Assembly: GCA_043773025.1 (NCBI GenBank)
Contig: JAYVFP010000261.1
Span: forward strand, 1 to 64,000
Direction: 5' to 3'
Source of the DNA: Archangium sp.
Lineage (GTDB): Bacteria > Myxococcota > Myxococcia > Myxococcales > Myxococcaceae
DNA: 64,000 bases
Under the pieces are notes generated by a model. That model ran no database searches, had not been told where the DNA came from, and was given only the letters and a program-made list of their open reading frames with translations. Below are positions 28,914 through 38,684 of the stretch, in pieces (the stretch's first letter is position 1; every line of letters starts with the position of its first letter). The position numbers and the translations under genes were made by a program.

Positions 28914-30897
28914 TCACAACGAAACGCCCGAGGTCTGCTCCGTCACGAAGAGGATCCGGTTGGGGCCGGCTTCCCATTCGCCGTTGATGATGCGCTTGAA
29001 CTCGAACGCGCCGTTGAGCGGCAGGTCGACGGTCAGCGGCAGTGGCTTCGCCCTGGTGCGATCCCAGTCACCAAACTCAGGGCCCGAACCGACGACAAAG
29101 CCGGTGCCGCTCAAGGTGACTTGCTTCGTTCCCTTCGGCGCCTGAGAGCGCGCAGCTTCTTCGAGCGTCACCCTTCCCGCTTCGATCTTCACGTTCACCG
29201 TGGTGCCATCGGGAGCAATGCGCGCGATCACCACGCGCTCGTTCGTCACTTCCACCGGCACAGCCACGCCTTCACGAAGAGCGGCTGAGTCAGCCCGCAG
29301 CTTCATCCACTTCGCGATGTGGCCCTTCAGTGGATGTTCGATGAACCGCATCGACTGCCGGTTGTCCGGCTCCTTCGCGCCTTCGAAGCCCGCCTCGGTG
29401 CCCCAGATGATCGACGGCGTGCCGCGCATGGCGATCAGAAACGAGAGCGCCTGCTTCACCTTCTCCACGTCGCCGCCGCACTGACTCAAGATTCGCGGCA
29501 GGTCGTGATTGTCGACCAGCGTCACCAACGCAGACGCGTCAGGGTAGCGCCGATCATTCGTGAGCACCGCGGCGAGCTTCGCGGGTGACTCGCCCCGACA
29601 GAACACGTCGGCGATCGCGAAGCCGAGCGGGAAGTCGAACATCGACGTGAAGCGGCCTTCCTTCCACGTCTTCGCCACCACTCCGGGATCGCCGTCGAGC
29701 AGCTCACCCAACAGCATGAAGTCGAACGAGCCGTTGAACTTCGCCCAGAACTCCAGCGGCAGGTGTTTGACGGCGTCGAGCCGGAAGCCGTCAGGTCGAG
29801 CGACCCGGAAGCCACCTCCGGGCAGCGCCGAGCAGGTACTCGAACACTTCATCCTGCTCGGTCGCGAAGTCCGGCAAGCCGTGCACGTCGTTCATCACCA
29901 GCTGCGTGGCGTCATTCCAATCGGTCACCCCGCCCCGCTTGTGAAACCAGCCCGGCTTGCTCGCAATCAACGGCGCATCGGGCCCCACATGATTGAGCAC
30001 CAGGTCGAGCATCAGCTTCATGTTCCGGCGGTCCAACTCAGAACGAAGCTGAGCCAGCAGCAGCTCGTCGCCAAACTTCGGCTCGAGCGCCGAAAGATCC
30101 CAAGTCCAATATCCATGAAAGGCGCCGAACCCGTGCCACTTGTCCGTGCGCATCTTGAAGATCGGAGAGAGCCACACGGTGTCGAAGCCCAACGACTGGA
30201 TCCAGTTGAGGTGATCGATGAGCCCATTGAGATCACCGCCGTGAAACCCCTGCGGGTCTTCGGCAGACGCTGAACCGTCATTGCTGCGATCGCCGTTGGC
30301 AAACCGATCGACCATCACGAAGTAGATGCCGCTCGGCCGTGCGACCGCCTTCGGAGCTGAGGCGCCCGCCATCACGCCATCCATCAAGACGCCCACCCGG
30401 TTCGAGATGTCACTCGCCGCCGCCGCGATCGCCTCGCGCTCTTTCTCGTGATCGAACAGCAGGATCACCGGAATCTCGAACGGGTCGCTCGCCCTCGCGC
30501 CATCGGCCCGCGCCGCGGTCAACGTGGTGGCCACTTCCCACCGGTACCGGCCATCGAGCTGCGAGAAGAAGTGCACCCGCTGCTCGACCAGCAAGACGAA
30601 CGGCGCCTCACTTGAGACCTTCTTGAGCGCGTCCAAACGCGAGTCGGTCAGCCGCTGCGCAGAGATCGCCTCGAGCGGCACCTCGATCACCTCGAGGTTG
30701 TGATCGTCGAGCTCTGCGTTGATCGCCTTCTTGAGCGCCTCGGGCGGCGTGAACGGCTGGCCCGCGTACCCGGGGTCGACGATGTACGCGACACAGACCT
30801 TCGCCCGCTCAGCCAGACGTTGCCGCGGCACCTTCGGAATGCAGCCCAGGCACGTGACCACCAGCACCAACGCAACGAACGCGCGCATCAGAACCAC
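28914..30897 (-). pseudogene. GH13 alpha-amylase with C-terminal CBM20-like starch-binding domain, interrupted by a 1-nt frameshift near 29791-29852
   Basis: Two overlapping ORFs (29791-30897 and 28914-29852) together give a collinear GH13 enzyme. The upstream ORF ends ...EYLLGAARRWLPGRST* and the other frame continues ...PDGFRLDAVKHLP (the conserved GVDGFRLDA region). C-terminal LGDW...EFK...W matches CBM20. Lipoprotein-type signal at the N-terminus. This could equally be a sequencing error in an intact gene. Confidence 0.6.
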
Positions 30898-32378
30898 CCC
30901 TCAGACTCCAACGACACCAGGTGATGCCACGAGATGGTCCCCGTCGGCTTGAACGCATCGAACTGATCGAGGCGCTCCACGAACGCGTTACCGAACGCCG
31001 CGTGCTGGCTGGAAAGCTGAAGGCCGTAGAGCAACCGAATCGACGGCCGCGCGTAGATGCCGAAGCCCGTGGGGTTGAGCACGATGCCGGTCTTCAGCTG
31101 CCAGTTGTTGCGCACGGCCGCGTCACCGAACTCCAGCCCGCGCGTGTCGGGCACGCCGGCGCTGTTCTGGAAGATCGACTCGAAGGTGCTGCGGAACAGG
31201 TTGCCGTTGAGTGAACGCTCCTGGCTGATGGAGTTCTCCAACAGCCAGTGCACCGTCTTCGTGAAGTAGAGCTGCAGCCGCAGCACGGTGGAGATGTACG
31301 AGCGGTTCGCTTCACTCGCGACGATGGTGTTCGCCAGATCGCGATCCTGCCCGTAGAGGGTCGACCACACCGCGTCGAGCCGGTTCGGAATCAGCTGCAG
31401 CTGCATCTCATTGCCCACCTGCAGCGCGTAGCGATCGCGCGTGAGGTCGGCCGTGTAGACCTGCACCGAGCGGCCCTCCCACGAGTCGGTGTACGAGTTC
31501 TGCGGGTGCAGCCGCTGGTAGCGCGCGAAGAGGTTGTTCCAGCGAATGGGCCCCAGCTTGCCGAAGCCCAGGTAGCCCACCACGCGCCACGACACGTTCG
31601 TCTGCGCAGAGGCCTGAGGGAGAGGGAACTGCTCCACCTCGGCCATCGGGTTGTTCTCGACGAAGCGGCGCAGCACCTCTTTGCGCGCGAAGTCTTCGTA
31701 GCCCACGGAAGGTGTCACGTACGACGAGTTGCGATTGCCGGCGATGAACGGCTCGACGGCGATCTGCCCGCCGCCACCGAGCTCGAAGTGTTCACCCAGT
31801 CGCACCCGCACCGCCCCGCCCGCGGTCATCAACGGCACGTACTGAAGCCCGCGCACGAAGAACCCGGAGTCACCCACGCCGATCAACGCGTCGATCGCCC
31901 CCGACGAGTACCGCGCCGACAAACCGACCGTGTCTTCGAAGAGCTGCGCGGGCCTGGTGTCGTAGAGACCTAAGTCTCCGAAGAAATACTGCAGCGTGCC
32001 CAGCTGGAAGACCACGTTGGGTGCGAGGACATTGCCTACGCGCGCGTAGAGCTGGCTCAAGCGGAAGTTGATCAGGTTGCCGTTGCCCGAGTCGGCCGTG
32101 GCCACCGAGCCACCTTCGACGCGAGCGTGCAGGCTGGCCCAGATGTCCGTGGTGCCGGGCGGCGCCTGCAGGAGATCGAGCTTCATCTCGAGCGCGGCGT
32201 AGGGCCCCTCGTTCATCAACCGGCCGTTGATGTTCCAGTAGCCGAGCCGGCCGTTGCCGCCCTGAAAGTCGGGGCGAGCCATGATGCGGAAGTACCCACC
32301 GGCGCTGAAGCGGCTGTCGGGAGCCTGCGCAACAGCGAGTCCGGGGAGGAGCAACACCAGCAAGGAGAGGGCGCGCAC
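30888..32378 (-). CDS. outer-membrane beta-barrel porin, putative maltodextrin/carbohydrate porin
   Basis: 496 aa with signal peptide. Alternating amphipathic beta-strand pattern. C-terminal ...SEGWF aromatic terminus typical of OMPs. Genomic context is an amylase and sugar ABC transporter locus. Confidence 0.55.
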   Translation of the reverse strand: MRALSLLVLLLPGLAVAQAPDSRFSAGGYFRIMARPDFQGGNGRLGYWNINGRLMNEGPYAALEMKLDLLQAPPGTTDIWASLHARVEGGSVATADSGNGNLINFRLSQLYARVGNVLAPNVVFQLGTLQYFFGDLGLYDTRPAQLFEDTVGLSARYSSGAIDALIGVGDSGFFVRGLQYVPLMTAGGAVRVRLGEHFELGGGGQIAVEPFIAGNRNSSYVTPSVGYEDFARKEVLRRFVENNPMAEVEQFPLPQASAQTNVSWRVVGYLGFGKLGPIRWNNLFARYQRLHPQNSYTDSWEGRSVQVYTADLTRDRYALQVGNEMQLQLIPNRLDAVWSTLYGQDRDLANTIVASEANRSYISTVLRLQLYFTKTVHWLLENSISQERSLNGNLFRSTFESIFQNSAGVPDTRGLEFGDAAVRNNWQLKTGIVLNPTGFGIYARPSIRLLYGLQLSSQHAAFGNAFVERLDQFDAFKPTGTISWHHLVSLESEGWF

Positions 32379-32416
32379 GAGCGCAGGGTTCTACCCAATG
32401 CTGGCACCATCCACGA

Positions 32417-32794
32417 TCAGATCCGCTCGAAGTCCTGACGGATTCGGTCCACCAGATCGCTGACGCGCGGGTCGGTCTGCTCGAAGCGGATGCCCATCAT
32501 GTGATTGGTGGCCCACATCACGCGGCCAAGCATCTCCACCGCCTCGGCGCCGTGAGGCAGGTCGAGCCGCATCGAGACCAGCGACATCGGCGGCAGCGGC
32601 CGGGGCGTGATCACCCCGATGCCAGCTTCCGAGATGTCATTGACCCGATCGTTGACGCGCAGCTCGTTGCTCCGAACGTGCACGACGAAATCGGTCGGCA
32701 GGCGGGAAAAGCGGCGCGCCTGCGTGTAGCGGTGCTTCTTCGAGACGAAAAATTCAGTTTCCATACGGCCCCCGGAAAATCGGCGAGTCACCAC
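32417..32794 (-). CDS. PilZ-domain protein
   Basis: RRFSRLP...DISEAGIGV motifs (RxxxR ... D.S.GG) of c-di-GMP-binding PilZ domains. Confidence 0.65.
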   Translation of the reverse strand: MVTRRFSGGRMETEFFVSKKHRYTQARRFSRLPTDFVVHVRSNELRVNDRVNDISEAGIGVITPRPLPPMSLVSMRLDLPHGAEAVEMLGRVMWATNHMMGIRFEQTDPRVSDLVDRIRQDFERI

Positions 32795-32816
32795 GCGACA
32801 ACTGCTCTTCTCACTT

Positions 32817-35258
32817 CTAATTCGAAGCCTCCAGAACGGTAACGGTGCGGGCCTTGGCCGTGTAGCTGCTGTTGGTGACCGGCTCTGGGCTCGAGAGCCA
32901 GATGTTGTTCGAGGCCCGCTGCGGCTTGTTCTGCATCACCAGCGTTTCAGGCAGGTCGAAGTACGACTGCGTGTCGATTACCCGCTTCCACGAGCGGCCC
33001 TGAGGCAGCGTGAAGGTGACTTCGCCCGCTTCGCCGTTGATCAAGATCGCCAGCTCAGGCCCCTTCGACGGATCGTAGAAGTGCATCATCAGGTTCTTGC
33101 CGTTCCACGTGGCACCATCGGCCGGGTTGTTCTGGGCGTTCTTCCAGGAGAACGGCGCGGCCTGCCCGTATTCCAGGGGGGCGAAGGCGTACTGGTGCGA
33201 CTTGCGGAAAGCGATCACCTGCTTGACGAAGTCGTGCATGCGGTGGCGCTGATCCTGGGCCTGCCAGGTGCCCCAATCCATCCAGTTGTACGAGTTGTCG
33301 GCGAGCGTGGAGTAAGCGTTGTTGTTGCCCAGCTGCGTGCGCATCCACTCGTCGCCCGCCCACAAGAGCGGCGTGCCCTGGCTGATCATCAACGCGACGA
33401 AGAGGTTGCGCATGAGCTGGCGCTTCATCGGCTCGTCGTTCCAATTCCTCGACCGGTTGTTGTCTTCGCCGGAGACCTTCTCGCACCACGCGCTGGTCGG
33501 CTCGGTGCAGCAGATCTGGTTGAGCGGGCCGCAGCCGTTCTGCTTCTGATTGTAAGAAAACAGGTCGTACATCGTGAAGCCGTCGTGCACCGTGACGAAG
33601 TTCACCGAGTGGTAGGGCTTGCGCGAGTTCCACTGGTACCAGCCTGAGCTGCCGGTGATGAAGAAGCCGCCGTCTTTTACCTCGGTGCTGTTCAGCTTGA
33701 AGCCGTCGTTGTTCTGAAACGCGCGCCACCAATCGCGGAAGCGGCCGTTCCACTCGCCCCAGCCGGTGCCAGGCTTGTTGGTCGCCGCCGGGAAGAGCCC
33801 GATGCGCGTGCCGTAGCCATTGCTCAGCTCGTTGTTGCCGGGCCCGTTGAATGACTTGGAGAGATCGTAGCCACCCGCAGCCCACGGCTCTGACATCACG
33901 CGCGTGTTGTACTTCTGCAGCAGCGGGTCATCGATGATGTCCTGGAGCACGGTGTTCTTCGGGTCGTCCCACACCACGTAGTCGAGGTCTTTCTCACCGA
34001 GCACCGGGGTGAGATCGAAGCGGAAGCCGTCGACGTGCATCTCTTCGACCCAGTAGCGCAGCGAGTCGACGATGTGCTTTCGGAACGGCTTGTGATTGCA
34101 GCGCGTCTCGTTGCCGACGCCGGTGTTGTTCCAGAACGTCTGCTTGTCGGGGCTCAGCGCGTAGTACGCGTGATTGTCGAAGCCGCGGAAGTTGTAGAGG
34201 CCCACCACTTCTTTGGGATCGAAGTTGGTCAGCTGCGGCGTAACCGACGGGTCGGGGTTGAAGTCGAACTCGAGCCGCTCACGCCAGAAGCCGCCTTCGC
34301 CGGTGTGGTTGTAGACGACGTCGAGGATCACCTCGATGTCCGCCTGGTGAAACTGGTCCACCATCCACTTGAACTCGTCGATGATCTCCTGCTGGTCCTT
34401 CCGGAAAGAATAGGTGTTCTCGGCAATGAAGAACGAGAGCGTGGAGTAGCCCCAGTACCCGCCTTCCGAGGGTTTCTCGAAGGGGGGCATCAGCTCGACC
34501 GCGGTGACGCCGAGTTCCTTGAGGTAGGCCACCTTCTCGCCGAGGCCCCGCCAGGTGCCGGGGTGAGCGACGCCCGAGGCCGCGCTGGCGGTGAAGCCCT
34601 TGGGGTGCAGCTCGTAGATGATCGCGTCGTTCCACCGGTGGCCGGGGGTGTTCTCGTCAGTGCGGCGCGTTCGGTAGATCGATTCGTTCTCGCTCCAGGT
34701 GTACTTGCTTTGCACCACGATACTTTTACTGGCCGCAGCCCACGTCGACTCGGCGCGCTTGGGGCCGGTGGCGAGGCTGCCTTTGGCCCAGTCGTGATCG
34801 CGGTGAATGGCCTTGCTGTACGGATCCCACAGCAGCTTGTTGGGGTTGAAGCGGTTGCCTTCAGTGTCGACGTCGGCCTTGAAGCCCTTGATCGAGCCGG
34901 GGATCCACTCGGGATCGTACGTCCAGTTCGGGCCCCAGGCGACGAAGCCGTAGTGCTGACCGATGCCGATGCCTTCGATGTGAATGTTCCAGACGTCGCC
35001 GAACCGGGTCAGGGGGAACTGGCGGGTGGGCAACGGCGCTTCGGGGTTGTCGAAGAGCAGGATCTCGATGCGCTCGGCCCGCTCGCTGTACACGCCGAAG
35101 TTGATGCCCTTGTCGACGACCGTGGGGCCCAGGTGCTCCAGCCGCTCGATGGCCGCAGGATCCAGCGACGCTGCGTTCGGAGACGTCTTGTACAGCCGCG
35201 CGGTGTCGGTGGGGCCGCAGGAGAGCAAGACGAGGAATACGGGGCTGAATCGGCGCAC
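32817..35258 (-). CDS. glycogen-debranching / isoamylase-type GH13 enzyme (GlgX/pullulanase-like, CBM48 plus catalytic domain)
   Basis: About 810 aa. N-terminal CBM48-like region. GH13 regions YNHTGEG, GFRFDL, and catalytic Asp/Glu context. N-terminal lipoprotein-like LLSCGP. Start uncertain; the ORF track extends to 35372. Confidence 0.7.
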   Translation of the reverse strand: MRRFSPVFLVLLSCGPTDTARLYKTSPNAASLDPAAIERLEHLGPTVVDKGINFGVYSERAERIEILLFDNPEAPLPTRQFPLTRFGDVWNIHIEGIGIGQHYGFVAWGPNWTYDPEWIPGSIKGFKADVDTEGNRFNPNKLLWDPYSKAIHRDHDWAKGSLATGPKRAESTWAAASKSIVVQSKYTWSENESIYRTRRTDENTPGHRWNDAIIYELHPKGFTASAASGVAHPGTWRGLGEKVAYLKELGVTAVELMPPFEKPSEGGYWGYSTLSFFIAENTYSFRKDQQEIIDEFKWMVDQFHQADIEVILDVVYNHTGEGGFWRERLEFDFNPDPSVTPQLTNFDPKEVVGLYNFRGFDNHAYYALSPDKQTFWNNTGVGNETRCNHKPFRKHIVDSLRYWVEEMHVDGFRFDLTPVLGEKDLDYVVWDDPKNTVLQDIIDDPLLQKYNTRVMSEPWAAGGYDLSKSFNGPGNNELSNGYGTRIGLFPAATNKPGTGWGEWNGRFRDWWRAFQNNDGFKLNSTEVKDGGFFITGSSGWYQWNSRKPYHSVNFVTVHDGFTMYDLFSYNQKQNGCGPLNQICCTEPTSAWCEKVSGEDNNRSRNWNDEPMKRQLMRNLFVALMISQGTPLLWAGDEWMRTQLGNNNAYSTLADNSYNWMDWGTWQAQDQRHRMHDFVKQVIAFRKSHQYAFAPLEYGQAAPFSWKNAQNNPADGATWNGKNLMMHFYDPSKGPELAILINGEAGEVTFTLPQGRSWKRVIDTQSYFDLPETLVMQNKPQRASNNIWLSSPEPVTNSSYTAKARTVTVLEASN

Positions 35259-35395
35259 GAGGGGACTCCTATCAACTGCCACCGGAGAAGGTCGATACGG
35301 GTGGCCCTCTTCCCTGGATTGGGGGTTTCGTGGCGCAGTGCGGCACGAATTCTCGTCAAAGACAGCCGCCACACATTGGTAGCGTCCACGCCCTC

Positions 35396-36457
35396 GTGAG
35401 TGACGTTCGACTCGTCGGAATCAAGAAGAGCTTCGGTGACAACGTGATCGTCCGCGGTGTGGACCTCGACGTGACGCCAGGCGAGTTTCTCGTGATGGTC
35501 GGGCCGTCGGGCTGCGGCAAGACCACGCTCCTGCGCATCATCGCGGGCCTCGAGCAGGCCGACTCCGGTGACATCGTCATCGGAGGAAAGAACATGAACG
35601 AGGTGCCACCGCGCGAACGCGACGTGGGCATGGTCTTTCAGAGCTACGCGCTCTACCCGCACATGACGGTGAAGGAGAACATGGCCTTCGGTCTCGAGCT
35701 GCGCAAGGTGCCCCGCCCCGAGATCGAGAGCCGCGTCGCCGAGGCCGCCCGCATGCTGGAGTTGGGCCCGCTGCTCGAGCGGAAACCGAAGGCGCTCTCG
35801 GGTGGTCAACGCCAGCGCGTGGCGATGGGCCGGGTGATCGTGCGCCGGCCGCAGCTGTTCTTGTTCGATGAGCCGCTCTCGAACCTCGACACCGCGCTGC
35901 GCGTGCAGATGCGCGGTGAGCTGGCGCGGCTGCATCGCGCGCTGGGTGTGACAATGATCTACGTGACGCACGATCAGGTCGAGGCCATGACGCTGGCGAC
36001 GCGGGTGGCGGTGTTCAACAAGGGCGTGCTGCAGCAACTGGGTGCTCCGCTCGAGCTCTACAACAAGCCCACCAACGCCTTCGTGGCGCAGTTTCTCGGC
36101 TCGCCTTCGATGAACCTGATCGACGCGAAGCGGGAGGGCGCGCAGTTCGTGGGTGCGGGGTTCACGCTCCCGGCGGTGGGCGATACGGGTGGCGAAGTGA
36201 AGTTGGGGCTGCGGCCTCAGGATCTTCGCGTGGCCAGTGAGGGTCCGCTGCGCGGTGAGGTCGAGGCGGTCGAGCGGCTGGGCTTCGATGGCTACGCGTT
36301 CTTGAAGACCGCGGCGGGTTCGATCGCGGCTCGGTTCGAAGGCGCTGACGTGCAGGTCGGGCAGAACGTGGCGGTTCAGCCGATGGGCGACGTGCTGCAC
36401 ATCTTCAGCGCGGATGGCGCGAAGGCGCTGCGTCACCCTGAGGCGAGAGGTGCGTAG
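35396..36457 (+). CDS. malK: sugar ABC transporter ATP-binding protein (MalK/UgpC family)
   Basis: GPSGCGKTT Walker A, LSGGQRQRVAMGR signature, LFDEPLSNLD Walker B, and a C-terminal MalK-type regulatory/TOBE domain. GTG start. Confidence 0.85.
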   Translation: MSDVRLVGIKKSFGDNVIVRGVDLDVTPGEFLVMVGPSGCGKTTLLRIIAGLEQADSGDIVIGGKNMNEVPPRERDVGMVFQSYALYPHMTVKENMAFGLELRKVPRPEIESRVAEAARMLELGPLLERKPKALSGGQRQRVAMGRVIVRRPQLFLFDEPLSNLDTALRVQMRGELARLHRALGVTMIYVTHDQVEAMTLATRVAVFNKGVLQQLGAPLELYNKPTNAFVAQFLGSPSMNLIDAKREGAQFVGAGFTLPAVGDTGGEVKLGLRPQDLRVASEGPLRGEVEAVERLGFDGYAFLKTAAGSIAARFEGADVQVGQNVAVQPMGDVLHIFSADGAKALRHPEARGA

Positions 36458-38684
36458 CGCCGCAGACGACCGTTCTCCCCGAGCGCAGTCGAGGGGGCAC
36501 TCGCGCTCCGGAGCAGAGGTACTCCACCCGGGAGGACCGGGGTGCGCCCTGCTTCTCGTCTTCGTCTCGCAGCTCGCCTTCGCAGACGCCCCGGTGCTCA
36601 AGCTCTGGCACGGCTACCGCGGCGGCGAGGAGCAGGCGATCGAACAAGCCGCCAAACAATTCACCGCGCTGACCGGCACGCAGGTCGAGCTGCTCGCGGT
36701 GCCGTACGACGCGCTGAGCTCGAAGCTCACCTCGGCCATTCCGCACGACGCGGGCCCTGACGTCTTCATCTTCGCGCACGAGCGGCTGCGGCAATTTCAC
36801 CGCATGAAGATCGTCGCGCCCTCAGGCGAAGGGCTCGATCGATCGAAGTACCTCAAGCCCTCAGTCGACGCGCTCGAGTTGGATGGCGTGCTCTACGGCT
36901 ACCCGCTCTCCATCAAGTGCCTCGCGCTGTTCATGCGCGGAGATCGCGGCCTCACGGTGCCCACCACCACCGCGCAACTCGAGAACGCGCTCACCGAGCG
37001 CAGGCAGAACCAGTTCACGCTCGCGTACGAGGCGGGTGACTTTTACTTCCACGCCCCGATCCTCTTCGGCTTCGGCGGCGTGCTCTTCGACGAGCAGGGC
37101 CGCGCCCAGTTCGACACGCCCGCGATGACGAAGTCGCTGAACTGGGTCAAGTCACTGCAGGATCGCAAGCTGATGCCGCAGGAGGTCTCGGGCGCGTTGG
37201 TGAAGACGCTCTTCAACGAGAACCGCGCGCCGTTCGTGATCACCGGCCCGTGGTTCACCGGCGAAATTGATCCCGGCGTGCCGTACTCGATTCATCCGTT
37301 GCCCACGGTCTCGGAGACCGGCCTGCCCATGGCGCCCTTCCTCGGCGTCGAAGCCGCGTTCGTTTCATCGCGCACCAAACAACCCGAGCTGGCGCAGTCA
37401 TTTGCGAAGTTCCTTTCGCTCGGTGACGCCACGATCGTCCGGGTGACGTTGGGCCGGCAGATCCCCGCTGAGCTCGCCGCGTACGACAACGAGGCCGTCG
37501 CGAAGGATTCGATGATCAGCGCCTTTCGCACGGTGGCCGAACGCGGCACCGCGACGCCCAACACGCTCGAGATGGCGCGCGTGTGGGAGCCGATGAAGCT
37601 CGCGCTCCGGGCCGTGTTGCAGGGCGGCGTCTCACCTGCCGACGCGGGCCAGCTCGCAGAGCGCCGGTACCGCGCGCTCAATCGTGAAGCGCCGCCCACC
37701 ACCACGCCCATTCCCTGGATCATCGGGCTGAGCATCGGCCTGGTCGCCTTCGGCGGGTGGCAGCTGCGGCAAGGCAAGGGCAAGCCCTTCGCGAAGCGCT
37801 ACCCCGAAGCGGGCCGAGGTCTGCTCTACGTCGCGCCGGCTGCGACCGGGCTGTTCGTGCTGGTGGTCATTCCCTTCGTGATCGGGCTCTCGCTCTCGCT
37901 CTTCCACCACGATGCGGGCGAATACACCTTCGTCGGGTTCGCGAACTTCGCCGACATCCTCACCTCGAAGGGCTACCGCATCACCGAGCCCCTCTCGTTC
38001 TACTTCACGCTCGTCGTCACGCTCGCGTGGACGTTGGCGAACGTGGTGCTGCACGTGAGCATCGGGTTGTTCCTGGCGATCCTGCTGAAGGATCCACTGC
38101 TCAAGCTGCGCGGCGTGTACCGGGTGCTGCTGATCGTTCCGTGGGCGGTGCCGAACTACATCACCGCGCTCATGTGGAAGGGCATGTTCCACCAGCAATT
38201 CGGAGCCATCAACGCGATCCTCGGCCACCTCGGCATCGAACCGGTGAGCTGGTTCACCCAGTGGTCGACCTCGTTCGCGGCCAACGTGATCACGAACACC
38301 TGGCTCGGGTTTCCTTTCATGATGGTGGTCTCGCTCGGCGCGCTGCAGTCGATCCCCACCGATCTCTACGAAGCCGCTGAAGTCGACGGCGCCTCGAAGT
38401 GGACGCAGTTCCGCCGCATCACGTTGCCCCTGCTCAAGCCGGCCCTTCTGCCCGCGGTGATCCTCGGCAGCGTGTGGACCTTCAACATGTTCAACATCAT
38501 CTACCTCGTGTCGGGTGGTGAACCGGGCGGAGGAACCGACATCCTCGTGAGCGAGGCGTTTCGCTGGGCGTTCCAACGCAACGAGCAGTACGGCTTTGCC
38601 GCGGCGTACTCGGTGTTGATCTTCTTCGTGCTCTTCGCCTGGTCGCAGGTGACGAAACGCCTTTCGGGTGAGGAGTCCGCGTGA
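36414..38684 (+). CDS. fused maltose/maltodextrin-binding protein (MalE-like SBP) and MalF-like ABC permease
   Basis: Single 756-aa ORF. A cleavable signal (LLLVFVSQLAFA) and an SBP family-1 domain (aa ~50-430) are followed by multiple TM helices and the permease EAA motif (EAAEVDGASKWTQFRRITLP). The true start is uncertain: the ATG at 36414 overlaps malK, and the repeat fragment lies in the 5' region. Confidence 0.7.
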   Translation: MARRRCVTLRREVRSAADDRSPRAQSRGHSRSGAEVLHPGGPGCALLLVFVSQLAFADAPVLKLWHGYRGGEEQAIEQAAKQFTALTGTQVELLAVPYDALSSKLTSAIPHDAGPDVFIFAHERLRQFHRMKIVAPSGEGLDRSKYLKPSVDALELDGVLYGYPLSIKCLALFMRGDRGLTVPTTTAQLENALTERRQNQFTLAYEAGDFYFHAPILFGFGGVLFDEQGRAQFDTPAMTKSLNWVKSLQDRKLMPQEVSGALVKTLFNENRAPFVITGPWFTGEIDPGVPYSIHPLPTVSETGLPMAPFLGVEAAFVSSRTKQPELAQSFAKFLSLGDATIVRVTLGRQIPAELAAYDNEAVAKDSMISAFRTVAERGTATPNTLEMARVWEPMKLALRAVLQGGVSPADAGQLAERRYRALNREAPPTTTPIPWIIGLSIGLVAFGGWQLRQGKGKPFAKRYPEAGRGLLYVAPAATGLFVLVVIPFVIGLSLSLFHHDAGEYTFVGFANFADILTSKGYRITEPLSFYFTLVVTLAWTLANVVLHVSIGLFLAILLKDPLLKLRGVYRVLLIVPWAVPNYITALMWKGMFHQQFGAINAILGHLGIEPVSWFTQWSTSFAANVITNTWLGFPFMMVVSLGALQSIPTDLYEAAEVDGASKWTQFRRITLPLLKPALLPAVILGSVWTFNMFNIIYLVSGGEPGGGTDILVSEAFRWAFQRNEQYGFAAAYSVLIFFVLFAWSQVTKRLSGEESA
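36477..36501 (-). repeat. fragment of the dispersed repeat family (reverse complement of AGTGCCCCCTCGACTGCGCTCGGGG) in the malK-malEF spacer
   Basis: CCCCGAGCGCAGTCGAGGGGGCACT read directly from the sequence. Confidence 0.7.

Noticed and set aside
35009-36601. 530-aa minus-strand ORF opposite malK
   Set aside because: It is antisense to a canonical ABC ATPase. It contains the repeat-derived peptide ECPLDCARGE, which shows it reads through a repeat element.
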